This document shows, one piece after another, positions 63,301 to 64,000 of a DNA stretch of 64,000 nucleotides. Source of the DNA: Phoronis australis (lineage: Eukaryota > Animalia > Phoronida); the NCBI GenBank assembly GCA_002633005.1, contig NMRA01000113.1, positions 402,441 through 466,440 on the forward strand. Reading direction: 5' to 3'. Within the stretch, counting starts at the first letter, position 1, and each line of letters starts with the position of its first letter. Under the pieces are notes generated by a model that did not search any database, was not told the DNA's origin, and saw only the letters and a program-made list of their open reading frames with translations. The translations under genes were made by a program, and so were the position numbers.

Positions 63301-64000
63301 TGTAGAGGCAAATGTAAAAAACTATTGTCACTAAGGGACGCAGTGATAGTCTCATCAGCTTCAAACTAGTCATCATCTGTCGCCAAATAGAAACACATCC
63401 GCTAAATCTCCTTACAGTCTTGCAAGGGATTTATGAGATGCAGCAGCAGACATCAGATGACCAGACAGACTTGACTGCAATATGCATCCACACATGTGGG
63501 TGCATGAAAAGGGAACACAAAAACAAGTTCCACAGAGCAAACGAATGACAACTTATTCAAGTCAAACGAGTTATCAACATATACCTTGTGTACTGCAGAG
63601 GTCCAGAGTTGAGCTGCGGCAGTCTCAGTGGATGACAGTAGACTGTGCAACAAGCCAATCACTTCTGAGGCCATGCTGTTGGCTACTTGACCACTGATGA
63701 AAGGGCGTACCGGGTCACTCCTAAATAACACAGTTTTATATAGTCAAAACAGTGTACGGTACAAAAAGAAACCATGCTTTATACAACAGTCTACAGAAGG
63801 CAATTTTAAGAGTTCTATCTTACTGTTGATTTCAGCAAAATAAATTAACTAATAACAATACAATAAATTCTACACCCAAAAGCAGGCCCTCGGGTACATA
63901 GTTGGACAGTTTTCACCCATAGGCCGATTTGAGTGTTGCGCCCTCATCTCATACCTGACTAATTCAGAGTTCTTTTCCTTGCAGATCACTTCACTGCCAA
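39962..64000 (-). CDS. HECTD4: HECTD4 E3 ubiquitin-protein ligase, C-terminal about 2,235 aa in 29 exons (5' part outside the window)
   Basis: Phase-consistent GT-AG exons in transcript order: 64000-63955, 63720-63585, 62569-62399, 61751-61590, 61186-61014, 60027-59912, 59735-59632, 59327-59166, 58982-58834, 58479-58236, 57975-57723, 57054-56785, 55791-55532, 53505-53345, 52940-52523, 51922-51792, 50889-49072, 48052-47960, 47580-47478, 46995-46868, 45957-45767, 45402-45136, 44442-44287, 43645-43473, 43111-42959, 42636-42518, 41503-41308, 40777-40558, 40098-39962. HECTD4-type motifs: DPVRPFISG.VANSMA.EVI, FPTIRRRFRNEAERK, GEEVHGTSGSFRHFLWQV, catalytic ETCMFMIKLPQY (Cys at 40061-40063) and C-terminal REDPLSG. 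Confidence 0.95.
40099..40197 (-). repeat. 40-bp tandem repeat x2.5 anchored on the last HECTD4 acceptor
   Basis: gtaaacacaggactgaccataaacagtatgtagacatatt repeated; the first copy includes the acceptor. Confidence 0.85.
40558..40777 (-). CDS. HECTD4: HECTD4 HECT C-lobe exon
   Basis: MHTMYQVGL...IQFFWTALETFSQEELCKFIKFACNQDRIP. Confidence 0.92.
41308..41503 (-). CDS. HECTD4: HECTD4 HECT exon
   Basis: WENRHEYV...IRIGLATIIP...MELRTCGRPEVDINFLK. Confidence 0.92.
41803..42525 (-). repeat. 31-bp minisatellite, about 23 copies, anchored on a HECTD4 donor
   Basis: Plus-strand unit gtgcatgtgtcagtacacagcagaccagcta; central copies are identical. Confidence 0.97.
42518..42636 (-). CDS. HECTD4: HECTD4 HECT exon
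   Basis: VESERDLQ...RFTYTTITGEDVELIPGG. Confidence 0.9.
42959..43111 (-). CDS. HECTD4: HECTD4 HECT exon
   Basis: LLGIAIRADIPLGLNLLSTFWKSLV. Confidence 0.92.
43473..43645 (-). CDS. HECTD4: HECTD4 HECT exon
   Basis: GSFRHFLWQVARELQS...GKYILKPG...LMHFFGQ. Confidence 0.92.
44287..44442 (-). CDS. HECTD4: HECTD4 exon at HECT start
   Basis: FCQAFRQLSAVPSNQLCVKIASGGDPTYSFNVRLTGEEVHGT. Confidence 0.92.
44844..44863. repeat. (TA)n microsatellite
   Basis: atatatatatatatatatat. Confidence 0.85.
45136..45402 (-). CDS. HECTD4: HECTD4 exon
   Basis: IPTESIRLRFALIQSLN...PEIILDPLETIG. Confidence 0.9.
45767..45957 (-). CDS. HECTD4: HECTD4 exon
   Basis: WTSDKDSALVHYVN...SRLHPHEVYL. Confidence 0.9.
48258..48815 (+). 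mobile_element. HINE/DINE-1-like non-autonomous element carrying a (TG)n microsatellite (48324-48376)
   Basis: 5' cagcctcgccc with adjacent inverted gggcga, then (TG)n, then a 3' subterminal ggcaaaggctg complementary to the 5' motif. Confidence 0.55.
49072..50889 (-). CDS. HECTD4: HECTD4 large 1,818-nt exon
   Basis: Contains track ORF 49068-50858: YRAPWARV, HVKIGVSPPPG, GRFSTYFHCLME, KRKKLKAKRER, KPEDILWFNRA. Confidence 0.93.
51308..51372. repeat. Tandem repeat of about 21 bp x3
   Basis: aagtgataccatattactcac repeated. Confidence 0.9.
52523..52940 (-). CDS. HECTD4: HECTD4 exon
   Basis: ELLRCEAVLARMYCRSALL...LLCSCLQ. Confidence 0.9.
53729..54985 (-). mobile_element. Helitron/Helentron-like non-autonomous element with internal tandem units of about 433 bp
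   Basis: Minus-strand 3' end CTAGT at about 53731 with a nearby hairpin; 5' hairpin actctgcgc..gcgcagagt plus an (AATAAG)n tract. The motif tgacc/tctttgcac.aa.tgac...ttccggtgca recurs at about 53874, 54309 and 54741. Confidence 0.6.
55532..55791 (-). CDS. HECTD4: HECTD4 exon
   Basis: MTDIARQTVEFLYEENGG...MLKTFGQNGTVLDVDT. Confidence 0.92.
55877..56508 (-). mobile_element. HINE-like non-autonomous element with CTCF-like motifs
   Basis: Minus-strand start ttatgcacccacatgc followed by (GTCC)-like repeats; ccactaggtggc at about 56180 and 56318. Confidence 0.55.
56785..57054 (-). CDS. HECTD4: HECTD4 exon
   Basis: LLIKAWEQKVFPTIRRRFRNEAERKDGLEQIKGALQL. Confidence 0.92.
57723..59327 (-). CDS. HECTD4: HECTD4 exons encoding the SPRY/B30.2-like domain (4 exons)
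   Basis: FYYEIEI, ISFGF, NNGRAVHY, IGDVAGCG, VYFTYNG, MWPVV and NFGQRPFMY are SPRY hallmarks. Confidence 0.88.
61800..62162. mobile_element. Degenerate MITE with CAGGG...CCCTG ends and gagta/tactc subrepeats
   Basis: Short inverted ends; a similar gagta-rich tract lies at 30950-31080. Confidence 0.35.
62670..63510 (-). mobile_element. HINE-like non-autonomous element with internal degenerate repeats
   Basis: Minus-strand start ttcatgcacccacatgtgtggatgcata followed by gtctgtctg; gccactagggggcac at about 62930. Confidence 0.5.

Overview
This is AT-rich animal genomic DNA, most likely from a bilaterian invertebrate, with GT-AG spliced genes; it is not prokaryotic. It holds three protein-coding loci. 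(1) An unidentified coiled-coil protein is encoded by one exon of more than 4.5 kb on the minus strand that runs off the left edge, with an apparent 1-nt frameshift near its 5' end. (2) A complete 8-coding-exon TBC1D10-family Rab-GAP lies on the plus strand (23583-33643, 367 aa). (3) The last 29 exons (about 2,235 aa) of a HECTD4 E3 ligase lie on the minus strand (39962 to beyond 64000), convergent with TBC1D10. The 5-23 kb interval is mostly transposon debris: an Academ-type transposase/XPG relic, a LINE relic, MITEs and a duplicated hairpin-ended element. Introns carry Helitron/Helentron-like non-autonomous elements, some with CTCF-like motifs. The most unusual recurring pattern is tandem repeats whose unit copies an exon-intron junction, seen at five junctions in both genes and usually with the GT or AG lost in the copies. 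All exon coordinates were read and phase-checked by hand; no database searches were run.
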